From an uncultured Muribaculaceae bacterium (GTDB lineage: Bacteria > Bacillota_I > Bacilli_A > RF39 > UBA660): a stretch of DNA of 64,000 bases. Below the pieces are notes generated by a model, which worked only from the letters and a program-made list of their open reading frames with translations, searched no databases and was not told the origin of the DNA. A program made the position numbers and the translations under genes. The stretch spans positions 6,595 through 70,594 of the forward strand of contig CAYYLF010000001.1 in the NCBI GenBank assembly GCA_964472425.1, written 5' to 3'. Shown here piece by piece: positions 49,487-59,800 of the stretch (positions are counted from its first letter, which is position 1; every line of letters begins with the position of its first letter).

Positions 49487-50418
49487 AGTATAAAGAAAAG
49501 AATTTCGTGTCGGTCGTCGCTTATGTCCACGATGCCGAAAAGACGGTGGGTAAATTTATCGCGAGCATCGATGAGGTTTTGAGAGAAAAATTCTTGCATT
49601 ACGAAATAATATTGGCAAACGACGCGTCTTGTGACGACTCGGTCAAGGTGATAAAGGAAGTCGCGGCAACGTGTACTAATGCATGTATAAGCATTTTGAA
49701 TATGAGCCATTTTCAGGGGAAAGAGCTGACCATGAATGCCGGACAAGATTTGGCAATCGGCGATTTTGTCTACGAATTCGACACGACCGTCATCGATTAC
49801 GACGTGAGTATAGTGTTCGACGTTTATAAAAAGTCGTTAGAGGGGTACGATGTCGTCAATGTCTCTTCGAATAGGAAGAGGAAGATATCTTCGAAGATGT
49901 TTTACAAAGTTTTCAATAAGTTTTCCAATTATCAGTATAAGCTGGATACCGAGACATTCAGAATATTATCTAGAAGGGCTATTAATAGGGTCAATCAAAT
50001 AAACAAGACCGTTCCGTATCGAAAGGCCGTTTTGGCCAACTGCGGCTTGAAGCTCACTCGTGTCGAGTACGAGTCGATTGCCGATGTGACTACCGAAAAA
50101 AACGAGATGATGAAAGAGGAGAGAGAGAAGAATGCTTTCGATGCGCTCATCTTATTTACGAATGTCAGTTACAAGATAGCAACGGCCTTGATATTCGCTT
50201 TCATCTTCATCACTTTGTGTGTACTCGGATATACGGTGTACATATTCGTGAGTAGTGAGCCAATCGAAGGCTGGACGACGACCATGTTGTTCTTATCGTT
50301 CGGCTTTTTAGGTATGTTCAGCGTCTTGGCAATAATAATCAAATATTTGTCTGTGATAGTCGGGTTAGTATTTAAAAAGACCGATTATTTGATCGAATCT
50401 ATCGAAAAGCTGAATTAG
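49483..50418 (+). CDS. GtrB-like family-2 glycosyltransferase with two C-terminal TM helices
   Basis: GT-A fold (ILANDASCDDS) plus C-terminal TM helices, typical of polyprenyl-phosphate glycosyltransferases. Confidence 0.6.
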   Translation: MKYKEKNFVSVVAYVHDAEKTVGKFIASIDEVLREKFLHYEIILANDASCDDSVKVIKEVAATCTNACISILNMSHFQGKELTMNAGQDLAIGDFVYEFDTTVIDYDVSIVFDVYKKSLEGYDVVNVSSNRKRKISSKMFYKVFNKFSNYQYKLDTETFRILSRRAINRVNQINKTVPYRKAVLANCGLKLTRVEYESIADVTTEKNEMMKEEREKNAFDALILFTNVSYKIATALIFAFIFITLCVLGYTVYIFVSSEPIEGWTTTMLFLSFGFLGMFSVLAIIIKYLSVIVGLVFKKTDYLIESIEKLN

Positions 50419-50430
50419 AGGATTTCCATT

Positions 50431-52431
50431 ATGAATGAGATTAAAACTATTTTTAAAAAGGGCCAGTGGATGTACGGCTTTTCGGCTCTGGTTGCCATCT
50501 ATTTTTCTTATCTATTCGTAAGAACCGGGATATTCGAAATTAGAAGTGCAATCATAATCTCTGGTGTGGCTGTGGGCTTGGCCGAATTGGTCACTAGGCA
50601 TTTTTTAAATCGAAGCCTCAGTTTTCGTGTCGACGATAGGCGGGTAAGAACAAAGTTCTTTGTCGGGGTGTTGGCGATTGCTATAGTAATTACTTGGTGT
50701 GGAAGGGTCTTTTTGAGTTACACTTATACCGATTGCGAGGTACATATCGAGTCTAGTCGGAGCGGAGAAATAAGTTTAAACGACATCGACACGATTATCG
50801 TAGGGAACGTCGTCTATAAAAATGACGGGACTAATTTTGTAAGCGAGTACGATGCGTCGGTCGGCCAAAATGACGGATGGGTGAAAAGTATAGTCGGTGA
50901 GGATGAGATAGTAGTACAGGTAAAGAAGAGTTCGTCCGTCAAGATAATGTTTAGCAGTACGCACGAAGATTTGGTCGTGACGGACGGGGAGAAGGTCACG
51001 GATATCGTAGTGAGCAACCGAAAGGATATATACGTCGTCAGTTCGAATAAACGGACCGACATTTATTCGATAGTGCGCGCAGTTTTATCACTCGCATCGG
51101 TCTATTATGTCTTCATGATTGTCTCTATATTCATCGTGAATGCACGCGATAAAAGGGAGAAATATTTAATATTGACTGGCTTAATCGCATGCGGAATAGG
51201 ACTATTTTATCTTTTGGATTCGTACATTCTTTTGACGCCCGATTCGTACGAATACATCGATTTCGATTTTGGCAATATTTTAAGATTTCGTCCCAACGAG
51301 CGAGTTTTGTTATATCCGCTAGTGATATCGATTATGAAAGTTTTATTTTCCAATCGTTTTTTGGAGTTCACGGTTTTATTCCAATATGCAGTATGGCTAA
51401 TAAGTATAGTATATTTATATAAAACTATCGAGTTGTTGACAAGGAAGCCGATGCTTTCGATGGTAGGCTCCATCGTCTATGCTATCGCACCTTTTGCGGT
51501 CGTCTGGAACGGATGCATTTTGACGGAGTCTCTCGCTCTTTCGATGACTAACATTTTCATATATTATATGCTCGCGTACGTGAAGAACAATCGAACTATC
51601 TACGGTATAGTGAGCATCATCTTGTCTTTGGTAATGACGTTTATAAGACCGACTTCACTCATATTTTTGCTTGGAATATTGGCGTTCTTTATCTTGCGGT
51701 TCATTTTCGACGGGCGAAGGAAAAGTGATATGACGTGTATCAAATTTAATGGATGTGCCTTAATTTTGGTCGGTCTATATGCGATTTGTTTCAACAACGT
51801 ATACGGGTTTTATTCGATAAGTTCCGTGATGCCGAGGCAGCAATTGATGGTGGTCATGCGGGAAGGCTTTTATAAAAAGAGCAGTGATGAAGAGTTTATC
51901 ACCAACGTAGAAGAAGCTTATGAAAGTACTCCGGGTTCGGAAATTAAATATAGCGATTTCGAATGGAGTGCGATGAAAAAAGTATTAGAGAAGTATTCTT
52001 TGGTCGAAGTTCGGGAGCGAACTCGCGAGTGTTTCAAGAAAAATAGAAAAGAGTATATATCTTATTTGGTGGGATTAATTTTGTCCTACAGTACTACAAA
52101 TTTCTTCGGTTATGGAGGAGAAAGCATGAATCCCGCGACATCGTTTATACGCGATACTGTCCTCAATTCTTTTGCTTTACTGACGTTTATGCACGTCTAT
52201 ATTCTAATATGTGTTCAAATATTTATGACGATTGTCGAATGGGTTAAGACTAGGAAGATACCTTGGATACATTGCGGATTGTTCGTTTTTCCTATGGTCA
52301 TAGTTTTATCGTCGTTCATGGGGACTTGCGCCGAATTTATGAGGACGGCCGCGTGTTGTGTGCCGTTTGCGTATTTGATATTTATTGCGACTATGAGTAA
52401 ATTGTTCAATGGAGGTAAAGAGAATCTATGA
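50431..52431 (+). CDS. Large polytopic membrane protein, putative GT-C-type glycosyltransferase (ArnT/PMT-like topology)
   Basis: More than 12 TM helices, with an extracytoplasmic loop at residues 100-200. Confidence 0.5.
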   Translation: MNEIKTIFKKGQWMYGFSALVAIYFSYLFVRTGIFEIRSAIIISGVAVGLAELVTRHFLNRSLSFRVDDRRVRTKFFVGVLAIAIVITWCGRVFLSYTYTDCEVHIESSRSGEISLNDIDTIIVGNVVYKNDGTNFVSEYDASVGQNDGWVKSIVGEDEIVVQVKKSSSVKIMFSSTHEDLVVTDGEKVTDIVVSNRKDIYVVSSNKRTDIYSIVRAVLSLASVYYVFMIVSIFIVNARDKREKYLILTGLIACGIGLFYLLDSYILLTPDSYEYIDFDFGNILRFRPNERVLLYPLVISIMKVLFSNRFLEFTVLFQYAVWLISIVYLYKTIELLTRKPMLSMVGSIVYAIAPFAVVWNGCILTESLALSMTNIFIYYMLAYVKNNRTIYGIVSIILSLVMTFIRPTSLIFLLGILAFFILRFIFDGRRKSDMTCIKFNGCALILVGLYAICFNNVYGFYSISSVMPRQQLMVVMREGFYKKSSDEEFITNVEEAYESTPGSEIKYSDFEWSAMKKVLEKYSLVEVRERTRECFKKNRKEYISYLVGLILSYSTTNFFGYGGESMNPATSFIRDTVLNSFALLTFMHVYILICVQIFMTIVEWVKTRKIPWIHCGLFVFPMVIVLSSFMGTCAEFMRTAACCVPFAYLIFIATMSKLFNGGKENL

Positions 52432-52763
52432 AGGAATCGATAAAAAAGAACAAAAAGGGGATATCGCTCATGCTCCTTTCTTCTTTGTTCGTCTGTGTGG
52501 GACAGCTATTTTGGAAGTTGTCGAGTGAAAATGTGTTTTATCTATTCGGAGGATTCGGTCTCTACGGTATAGGTGCTTTCGTGATGTTGTACGCCTATAA
52601 GTTTGGCAGTTTATCGGTCTTACAACCGATGCTCAGTGCCAACTACGTATTTACTATAGTGCTCGCGACAATCGTTTTGAAAGAGGAGATGACCGTTTTG
52701 AAAGTGTTGGGTGTACTAGTCATCATCTTAGGAGTCGTCTTCATAGGGGGAGGGGACGAATGA
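52428..52763 (+). CDS. Small 4-TM EamA/SMR-like protein (ArnE-like flippase subunit)
   Basis: 111 aa with four TM helices. Its stop overlaps the start of a paralog. Confidence 0.55.
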   Translation: MKESIKKNKKGISLMLLSSLFVCVGQLFWKLSSENVFYLFGGFGLYGIGAFVMLYAYKFGSLSVLQPMLSANYVFTIVLATIVLKEEMTVLKVLGVLVIILGVVFIGGGDE

Positions 52764-53086
52764 AGTATTTTGTGATGTTACTTGCCATGACTTTAATCGG
52801 GTCGGTTGCATCTTTCTTTTTAAAGAAGGCTTCTAGGAGTGAAACGATAGTAGATTTGGTGAAAAATAAACACATATACATCGGCGGTTTTTTGTATTTG
52901 ACGTCGGCGGTCATCAACATAATCGTTTTGAGATATTTAGATTATTCGGTCGTCTTGCCACTTACGGCTGTCACGTACATATGGACTCTTTGTATTTCGC
53001 AGGTTTTTTTGGGCGAGAAAATCACTTTCAAGAAGGTCCTCGGAATCGTCTTCATCTTAGTGGGAGCTGTTTTTATTGCTTGGTAA
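52760..53086 (+). CDS. Small 4-TM EamA/SMR-like protein (ArnF-like flippase subunit)
   Basis: 108 aa, adjacent paralog of the preceding ORF. Confidence 0.55.
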   Translation: MKYFVMLLAMTLIGSVASFFLKKASRSETIVDLVKNKHIYIGGFLYLTSAVINIIVLRYLDYSVVLPLTAVTYIWTLCISQVFLGEKITFKKVLGIVFILVGAVFIAW

Positions 53087-53166
53087 AATGCTAGGTAGGT
53101 CGATAATTTTGTCGTTTAATTCATTTTGAATTGACTTTGTGACTTAGATATCATATAGTTAGAGTA

Positions 53167-54429
53167 GTGATGGATATGAAGAAAATTGTTATTAATGGGA
53201 ACAGGCCTCTTTCGGGAACAATCAACATAAGTGGAGCGAAGAATAGTGTAGTAGCCTTGATTCCGGCGGCCATTTTGACCGAGGAAACGGTCGAGATACT
53301 CAATACGCCCGAACTCACGGATACGGATAATCTCAGGAAGATAATCGAAATTTTGGGTGGGAAGATAGAGTTTGGCAAGGGACAGATGAAGATAGACGGC
53401 AAGAACGTCGTTTCTAATCCAATTCCAGCCGAATTGTCCGATAAACTCAGGGCTTCTTATTATTTCATGGGTGCTTTGCTCGGGAGGTTTAAGCGCGTCG
53501 TCATCAATTTTCCGGGCGGGTGCAAGATAGGCAAAAGACCGATAGATTTGCACTTGAAGGCTTTTAGAAAGATGGGTGCGATTATAGTTCGCGATGGGGA
53601 TAGGTATACTCTTACTGCCGAAGATTTGCATGGAGCCAACATTTTACTCGATTTTCCGAGTGTAGGTGCGACTATCAACATTTTGATGGCAGCTACTTTA
53701 GCTAATGGGGTGACCGTCATAGAGAATGCGGCTATGGAACCAGAAATAATCAACATCATCTCTTTGCTCAACAACATGGGAGCAAAAATCGTCGGAGGTG
53801 GAACTCATACCATCAGAATCGAAGGGGTCGCTAGACTCAGTGGAGCGGTAGTCGAAGTTATTCCCGATAGAATCGAGGCCGGGACTTATATGATGGTCGG
53901 GGCTTTGATGGGAGAAAATTTGCGAATTGCGAATGTCATTCCGAAACACGTCGAGATACTTCTTTCGAAAATGCGGGATATGGGTGTCGATTTTACGGTC
54001 GAGGACGATGCGGTCATTTTCAATAGAGTGGCTCGTCTGGAAGCAATCGACATCAAGACCTTGGTTTATCCCGGATTTCCGACAGATTTAGGTCAACCGA
54101 TGGCCGTGTTGCTCGCCGCGGCGGATGGTGAGTCGCGATTCCTGGAGACCATTTACGAGAGTCGGGGCGGTCATTATCCCGAGTTGGTAAAGATGGGAGC
54201 AAATATCGAGTATACTCCAGCAAGTGCGATAATCAAAGGACCGTGTAAGCTCGTCGGGGCCGAGGTTTCGGCTAGCGATTTGCGAGCGGGTGCGGCTCTC
54301 ATGATTGCAGGATTGGTCGCGGAAGGTACGACAAAAATTTCGAACATAGAATACATACTGCGCGGGTACGAGGATTTAGTCGATAAGTTGTCCGCGGTCG
54401 GGGCCGATATACGCATCGTGGACGAATAA
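53167..54429 (+). CDS. murA: UDP-N-acetylglucosamine 1-carboxyvinyltransferase
   Basis: EPSP-synthase fold, about 420 aa, with LSGTINISGAKNS. Confidence 0.9.
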   Translation: MMDMKKIVINGNRPLSGTINISGAKNSVVALIPAAILTEETVEILNTPELTDTDNLRKIIEILGGKIEFGKGQMKIDGKNVVSNPIPAELSDKLRASYYFMGALLGRFKRVVINFPGGCKIGKRPIDLHLKAFRKMGAIIVRDGDRYTLTAEDLHGANILLDFPSVGATINILMAATLANGVTVIENAAMEPEIINIISLLNNMGAKIVGGGTHTIRIEGVARLSGAVVEVIPDRIEAGTYMMVGALMGENLRIANVIPKHVEILLSKMRDMGVDFTVEDDAVIFNRVARLEAIDIKTLVYPGFPTDLGQPMAVLLAAADGESRFLETIYESRGGHYPELVKMGANIEYTPASAIIKGPCKLVGAEVSASDLRAGAALMIAGLVAEGTTKISNIEYILRGYEDLVDKLSAVGADIRIVDE

Positions 54430-54477
54430 AATAGCATGGTCCATACACCTATCGAAGGCAAAGAATAATTTCAGGGG

Positions 54478-54505
54478 TTGACTTTTGTAAAAAAATCAGT
54501 ATAAT
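54478..54505 (+). promoter_or_regulatory. Promoter TTGACT, 16-nt spacer, TATAAT
   Basis: Its -10 overlaps the ATG at 54506 listed in the ORF track, so the true start is 54536. Confidence 0.5.
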
Positions 54506-54535
54506 ATGCTTTGTTTCGAAAGGGGATTTTTAATA

Positions 54536-56086
54536 ATGGCAAATAAGAGACAAAAGAAGAAGCAAGCCCGAAGATTAGAGGCTGCTAAGTTAGAACAATT
54601 GAGAATAGATAGTGAGAATCTATCAAAAGAGACTTCACTTTGGGTAGAAGATGACAATTTAGTTGGACAAATCGAAGACGACAAGGATTCATCTTCAATT
54701 GAGGAAGAAGTCGAAAAAATTGAAGAAGAAGAGGAGAACGAAAAAGGGTTCGGTTTCTGGTTTAAAAGAAACAAGGTCAAAGTTTGCGCGGCAGCGGCAG
54801 CTTTCCTCTTGGTCGGGGGCGTAAGTATTTATGCATTCGGACCATTTGGTAAGAACAAAAACAAAGATAATAATAAGGACCCTAAGGAGTCCGAGACGAC
54901 ATTCGTAGATCCAACTATGGAGCCAACTAGTGAACCTAGTTATGCCGTGCCTAATCCTAGCGAATGGATTACTCTCGACCCCGAACCTAGTGAGTCATTA
55001 GAAATCGTAGATCCAGAGCCAACCGTTTCTATACCGGCTGGGGTGGTGACTTGGAGACCAAATGGTAAACCTGTATTACCTTCATTGAATCCAATCAATT
55101 CAGAAGAAGTACATACTTTTGGAGAATGGGCTTACTTCGATAAGGATAACGAGTCTAGGACTTGTGCGGATTGTGGTGTAGTCGAATACAGACCACACTT
55201 ATTTACGCACAATAAAACGTTTACTCAACTCGGAAACAATGGTAAGCACGCTGTAAAAGATGTAGTTCATTGTGAGAGTTGTGGGTTCGATACAGTTTTG
55301 AGTTATGAGGAGTCTTGTAATCTCGAAGTTACTACTTACGATTCTAAGTACGAATATTTGGTATGTTCCGATTGTGGGGTGAAGCTAAAAAGGGAGCATA
55401 AACTCGACAAAGGGACGGATTACGGAAGTGGAATCACTTACAAATGTACTAACAAGGGATGTAATTATACGAAGGCAATAGACTACGATCCAGTTCATTC
55501 GGATGACGATTTCGGGCATACAAACGAACCAAGTTATTCGGATGACCCGGTCATCACGAGTAGACCTACACCTCCTCCATCAGCTGCACCTAGTGCTGCA
55601 CCATCTGCGGAGCCTTCGGCTGAACCTTCGGCAGAGCCTAGTGCTGAACCTTCGGCAGCACCTTCAGATCCTACCCATGGCGGTTTGAATCCAGATGTCG
55701 TCGTGACAGATGCACCACCATCTGAGTCGGATGAGTGGGGCAAAGGTGACGTCGAGGTTCCAGGCCAAAGCCCAGATCCAGTCGAATCAGACGAATGGGG
55801 AACAGGCGATGTAGAAATGCCTAGTAAGCAACCTGAACAAAACAATAATCAAAACGATAACAACAATAATCTCGGTAGTGATGACGAGGACGAGTTTGGA
55901 ATGCCAGACGATATGGAGACACCTATTAAAAAGGCTAGTGACCCAGAACCGGCTCCAGCACCACAGCCTACTCCTGTAGCAGCTTTACAAGGAAAAATAG
56001 ACTTTTTGAAGAGTCTAAAAGACAATTTGATGGCTTGGATGCCTAATGCAAATATGGACGACTCAAAGAAGGGTCCTAGACTCTAA
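54536..56086 (+). CDS. Membrane-anchored extracytoplasmic protein with four CxxC Cys-rich modules and an (EPSA)n/PSAA linker
   Basis: Basic N-terminus, TM helix VCAAAAAFLLVGGVSIYAF. Cys-rich modules CADCG, CESCG, CSDCG and CTNKGC. Repeat EPSAEPSAEPSAEPSAAPS. Confidence 0.6.
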   Translation: MANKRQKKKQARRLEAAKLEQLRIDSENLSKETSLWVEDDNLVGQIEDDKDSSSIEEEVEKIEEEEENEKGFGFWFKRNKVKVCAAAAAFLLVGGVSIYAFGPFGKNKNKDNNKDPKESETTFVDPTMEPTSEPSYAVPNPSEWITLDPEPSESLEIVDPEPTVSIPAGVVTWRPNGKPVLPSLNPINSEEVHTFGEWAYFDKDNESRTCADCGVVEYRPHLFTHNKTFTQLGNNGKHAVKDVVHCESCGFDTVLSYEESCNLEVTTYDSKYEYLVCSDCGVKLKREHKLDKGTDYGSGITYKCTNKGCNYTKAIDYDPVHSDDDFGHTNEPSYSDDPVITSRPTPPPSAAPSAAPSAEPSAEPSAEPSAEPSAAPSDPTHGGLNPDVVVTDAPPSESDEWGKGDVEVPGQSPDPVESDEWGTGDVEMPSKQPEQNNNQNDNNNNLGSDDEDEFGMPDDMETPIKKASDPEPAPAPQPTPVAALQGKIDFLKSLKDNLMAWMPNANMDDSKKGPRL

Positions 56087-56105
56087 AAAATGATAAATTT
56101 TTAAG

Positions 56106-56127
56106 AAGCCCGAAAAAGGGCTTTTTG
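56106..56127 (+). terminator. Terminator AGCCCGAAAAAGGGCT followed by TTTTTG
   Basis: Hairpin plus T-run. Confidence 0.55.
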
Positions 56128-56141
56128 CATGCAAAAAACAC

Positions 56142-56169
56142 TTGACTTTTGAAAAAAATGTAGTAGAAT
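56142..56169 (+). promoter_or_regulatory. Promoter TTGACT, 16-nt spacer, TAGAAT
   Basis: Read directly in the sequence. Confidence 0.45.
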
Positions 56170-56202
56170 ATCTGTAATCAATTTAAGGGGGAAAATATCT
56201 TT

Positions 56203-56802
56203 ATGAGAAAAAGGGGTATCATAGCGACCGTAATATTCGTCACCGTATTGGTGTCAGCAATACCAGTCGTTAGCAACTTATTCGATATTTATAACGAACC
56301 GTTAGATTTAGATTCACCTCTCGTCTTCAACGACCGAGAGAGTGCACCAGATGAAGAAAGCGAATCGTCGAAGAACGAACAGGACGAGGAGCCACTAGAA
56401 GATGATAGTTTGGAAGCGACAGAGATAGCAGATTATCAAGTAATCTTGAGTGACGAGAAACTGACGGGAGTACAAGTAGTTCAAAGTGACTTTTCTGTAA
56501 CGGTCACGGGAACTTTATTTAGAAACAGTGTCAGTCCTCGAGGACAATTATCTTTTGACTTCTATGCACCAAAAGAATTACCAGAAGAAACATTGAAGAA
56601 TTTGAGTGTGGTTTTGCCGAGTGAAGGCAATAAAACATACACTCAAAAGAAAGACAAAATTTTAGAAAGGAATAAAAAGGGGGATTTATATTTTACTTTA
56701 GCATTGAATGCGAATTCTAGAAAATCTGTGCCGGTCGAAGTCGATTGGGGAGACGGATTTATAATCACTTATTTGATAGTATTCAACTTGTCGATAAGAT
56801 AG
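56203..56802 (+). CDS. Secreted or membrane-anchored hypothetical protein
   Basis: Signal-anchor segment IIATVIFVTVLVSAIPVV. Confidence 0.5.
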   Translation: MRKRGIIATVIFVTVLVSAIPVVSNLFDIYNEPLDLDSPLVFNDRESAPDEESESSKNEQDEEPLEDDSLEATEIADYQVILSDEKLTGVQVVQSDFSVTVTGTLFRNSVSPRGQLSFDFYAPKELPEETLKNLSVVLPSEGNKTYTQKKDKILERNKKGDLYFTLALNANSRKSVPVEVDWGDGFIITYLIVFNLSIR

Positions 56803-56825
56803 TTCAAAAAATGATTAATAGTACT

Positions 56826-56854
56826 TTGACATTCATAGTGTTAAATGATAGAAT
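56826..56854 (+). promoter_or_regulatory. Promoter TTGACA, 17-nt spacer, TGaTAGAAT (extended -10)
   Basis: Read directly in the sequence. Confidence 0.5.
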
Positions 56855-56886
56855 ATAGTTTGCAATTTATTTTAGGAGGTTTATTT

Positions 56887-59800
56887 ATGGCAACTAATAA
56901 TAAAAAAGTTAAGAATGTAGCATTGGGAGTTACTGCGGTTACGGCTGCAGTTGCCAGTGCATATACAATTACAAATTTGATGTTTAAGGAAAGGGATTAT
57001 AGCGATGTTTTGGTCGAGTCTGCGAAGAAGTACGTAGAGAACAACAACTTGACTATCGATTCTAAGTTGGTAGTAGGCGTACCTGAGCTTCGCGAGTCTG
57101 GAAGTTTAGTCAAAGATTTGGGCGGAAACTTCGACGACGACAGTTGTGCGGTCGGTAACGACGACGGAAGTCTCACGGCGCATGAAGCATGTCCTGTCCC
57201 ACTCGCAGATGAAAATGAGGAAGTTGCAGAGTTAGCTTATAATTTGAGTTCTACGTTCCAGAAAGGTACTATTTCGGGAGTCGATTATAAGAGATTAGCA
57301 GTCAGCGTAGTTTTCAATAAACCAGTTAGTGTCCAAGGCGGTATCGATTGGACTGTTTCCAGTGATGGAAGAACTGCTACCAAGTATTACTATGCGCAAG
57401 AAAGCGAGTCTTTGGTGTTCAGTACGCTCGATGGAGAAGAAACAGTATCTATCAATATAGAAGCTACTGGTGATTTCAATCCAAAGAACGTCAATACTTC
57501 ACCTAATATCAAGGTGAACGGAGCAACTTTGCCTATCATCTCAAATACGATAAATACCAAGTTGGACGGCAAAACTAAACGTGGTATCAAGTTCTTCGAT
57601 GGTGTTGCGCTCGATTACGACGCGGCCGTATTGGAATTTACTTCCGGTAAGGATAGTGCAGGTAAGACGAGTCCTACGACAGCAATTCTTTATAAATACA
57701 ATGAAGATGGTACACTCGGTGTAGGTATCCAAAAGGGTAACAAGTCCGAGGTCGCAGGAGAAGGAAGATATAGACTCGTAGTCAGCAGCGAGGCTGGTGA
57801 AGTCATTCGCGATTTCTCTATAGATAATACTGCTCCAGAAGTAAGAGTTTATGTCGTCGACGAAAACGGCAATAAGGGTGCCGAATTGACCAACAGTTCG
57901 GTCGAGGCCGTTCGCGTGACTAACAAAGACGTAATGGTCGAGTTTAGTGATAAGTATTCTAACGTTACGGCCGAGTTGACTGGTAGAGTTCTAGAAGTTT
58001 CTATGGGCGAAGTATTCAGCAACGAACAGGAATACGAGATTACGGCTACAGATGCAGCTGGACATACAGCTACGGCCAAGTTTAGAATCAACAAAGCTGT
58101 TCCTACAATCGAAGGTGTCGAATCTGGTGCTCATTATAAGGAAGCTAAGTCTATAAGTTTCGACAAAGAGAACGTAAAGGTCACTTTGGATACTATAGAC
58201 GGTGAAGAAGTCGACGCCGAGAATAATAATTTCGGTGAGGGAACTCATACTATCGTCGTAAGTGACAGAAATAATGCAGATAACAATGTAACTATCACGT
58301 TCGTAGTGGACTTACATGCTCCTACATTCAACGGTTTTGCCGAAGGCGAAGATACTATCAAGACACCTGACGATTTCGTAGTCAGAGCAAACGACGATTA
58401 TCTCGCATCTACAGTCGTCAAAAAGGGAGACACCGTCTTAGAAAATGTCACCACTTTGGACGAAGAGGGTACTTATACTCTAGTTGCTACAGATAAGGCC
58501 GGAAACGAGACAGTCAAGACGGTCGTAGTCGACAAGAACGCTCCTAAGGTAACTTTGGCTGGTGTCGAGTATCAAAGCGAGGACAACGAACCTATAACAA
58601 TCGATGTACCTTTCGAAGGTGAAGAGGGTGTGACGTTCGACGTATCCGATACTATCGATGAGAACCCTACATATACTTTGGTCAACTCTAAGGGCCAAAC
58701 TATCGAAGGTAAGACCGTCACAGCAAATGGAACTTATACTTTGACCGCGGAGGATGAAGTTGGTCACAAGACTATCGTCAACTTCATAATCGCAAGAGGC
58801 GTTCCTACAGTCACTTTGAATGGTACGACTATCGAGGACGATACTGCTCGTTATTATAAGGAAAACGTCGAAATCGAAATTGGTGGAGAGATGGAAATCA
58901 CCGGTGCCGTATTGGAGAAGAAAGTCGGAGAAACTTACGAAAAAGTGGTCGATTTGACCGATACTTACGAGGTCGCGACGGACGATGAGACTCACAACGA
59001 GTACAGAATCGCCGTATCTTACGTCGGAAGCGACGAGGCATTCGTAGTCAACTTTGTAATAGATAAGAAGATGCCTACTGTCGATGTAGCAAGTGGTACT
59101 TATGGTACCGATAAGGAAATTTCTTTCGACGACGAAAGCGGCATAAAGAGTGCATCTATCATCGAAAATGGTGTGGAACGTGCTCTCACAGCAAGCGAAT
59201 TGGCTTCTAAGAAGGTTTCTTTGGAAGAGGATGGCACTTATACTTTGAAACTCGAGGATATGGCCGAAAACGGTAAGTCTTTCGATTATACTATAGATAC
59301 GACTCCTGCAAGCGTAGTTTTCAGTGTTCCTGGTAAGGATGCCGAAGGCAACGACATCATGGTTACCGTTCCTAAGACGGAAGAGGAAATGAAGAGTACT
59401 ATGTACTTCAACAAGAATGTCACTTTGGCATTCGAGGACGCACTTTCCGTCATAAAGGTTACCGTAGATGGTACGGAAGTTCAGTCTATAAGTGCCGACT
59501 TAGGCGGTTCTAAGACTTATACTACTACTTTGACGGAAGGACCTCACAAGGTCGTCGTCGAAGATTTAGCTGGCAACAAACGCGAGTTAGATATAGTAGT
59601 CGATACCGTTTTACCTGGTGGTTCTCTATCTACGACGAATATTTACGACGAGAAAGACCCTAAAAAGGTAATCGGCGTGAGAGTCACTTTGGCTACCGAC
59701 GAAGAATATACGAGAGAAAGCGCCGATACGTGGACTCCAGTCGAGGGTGAAACGAACAAGTATTACTTAGACGTAATGGTCGAGAGTAAGGAAGTTAGTG

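Noticed and set aside
54506-54535. Upstream ATG (MLCFERGFLIM...) given as the start of the 526-aa protein
   Set aside because: It overlaps the -10 element of the only plausible promoter. The ATG at 54536 has a GGGGA RBS and begins the basic N-terminus.
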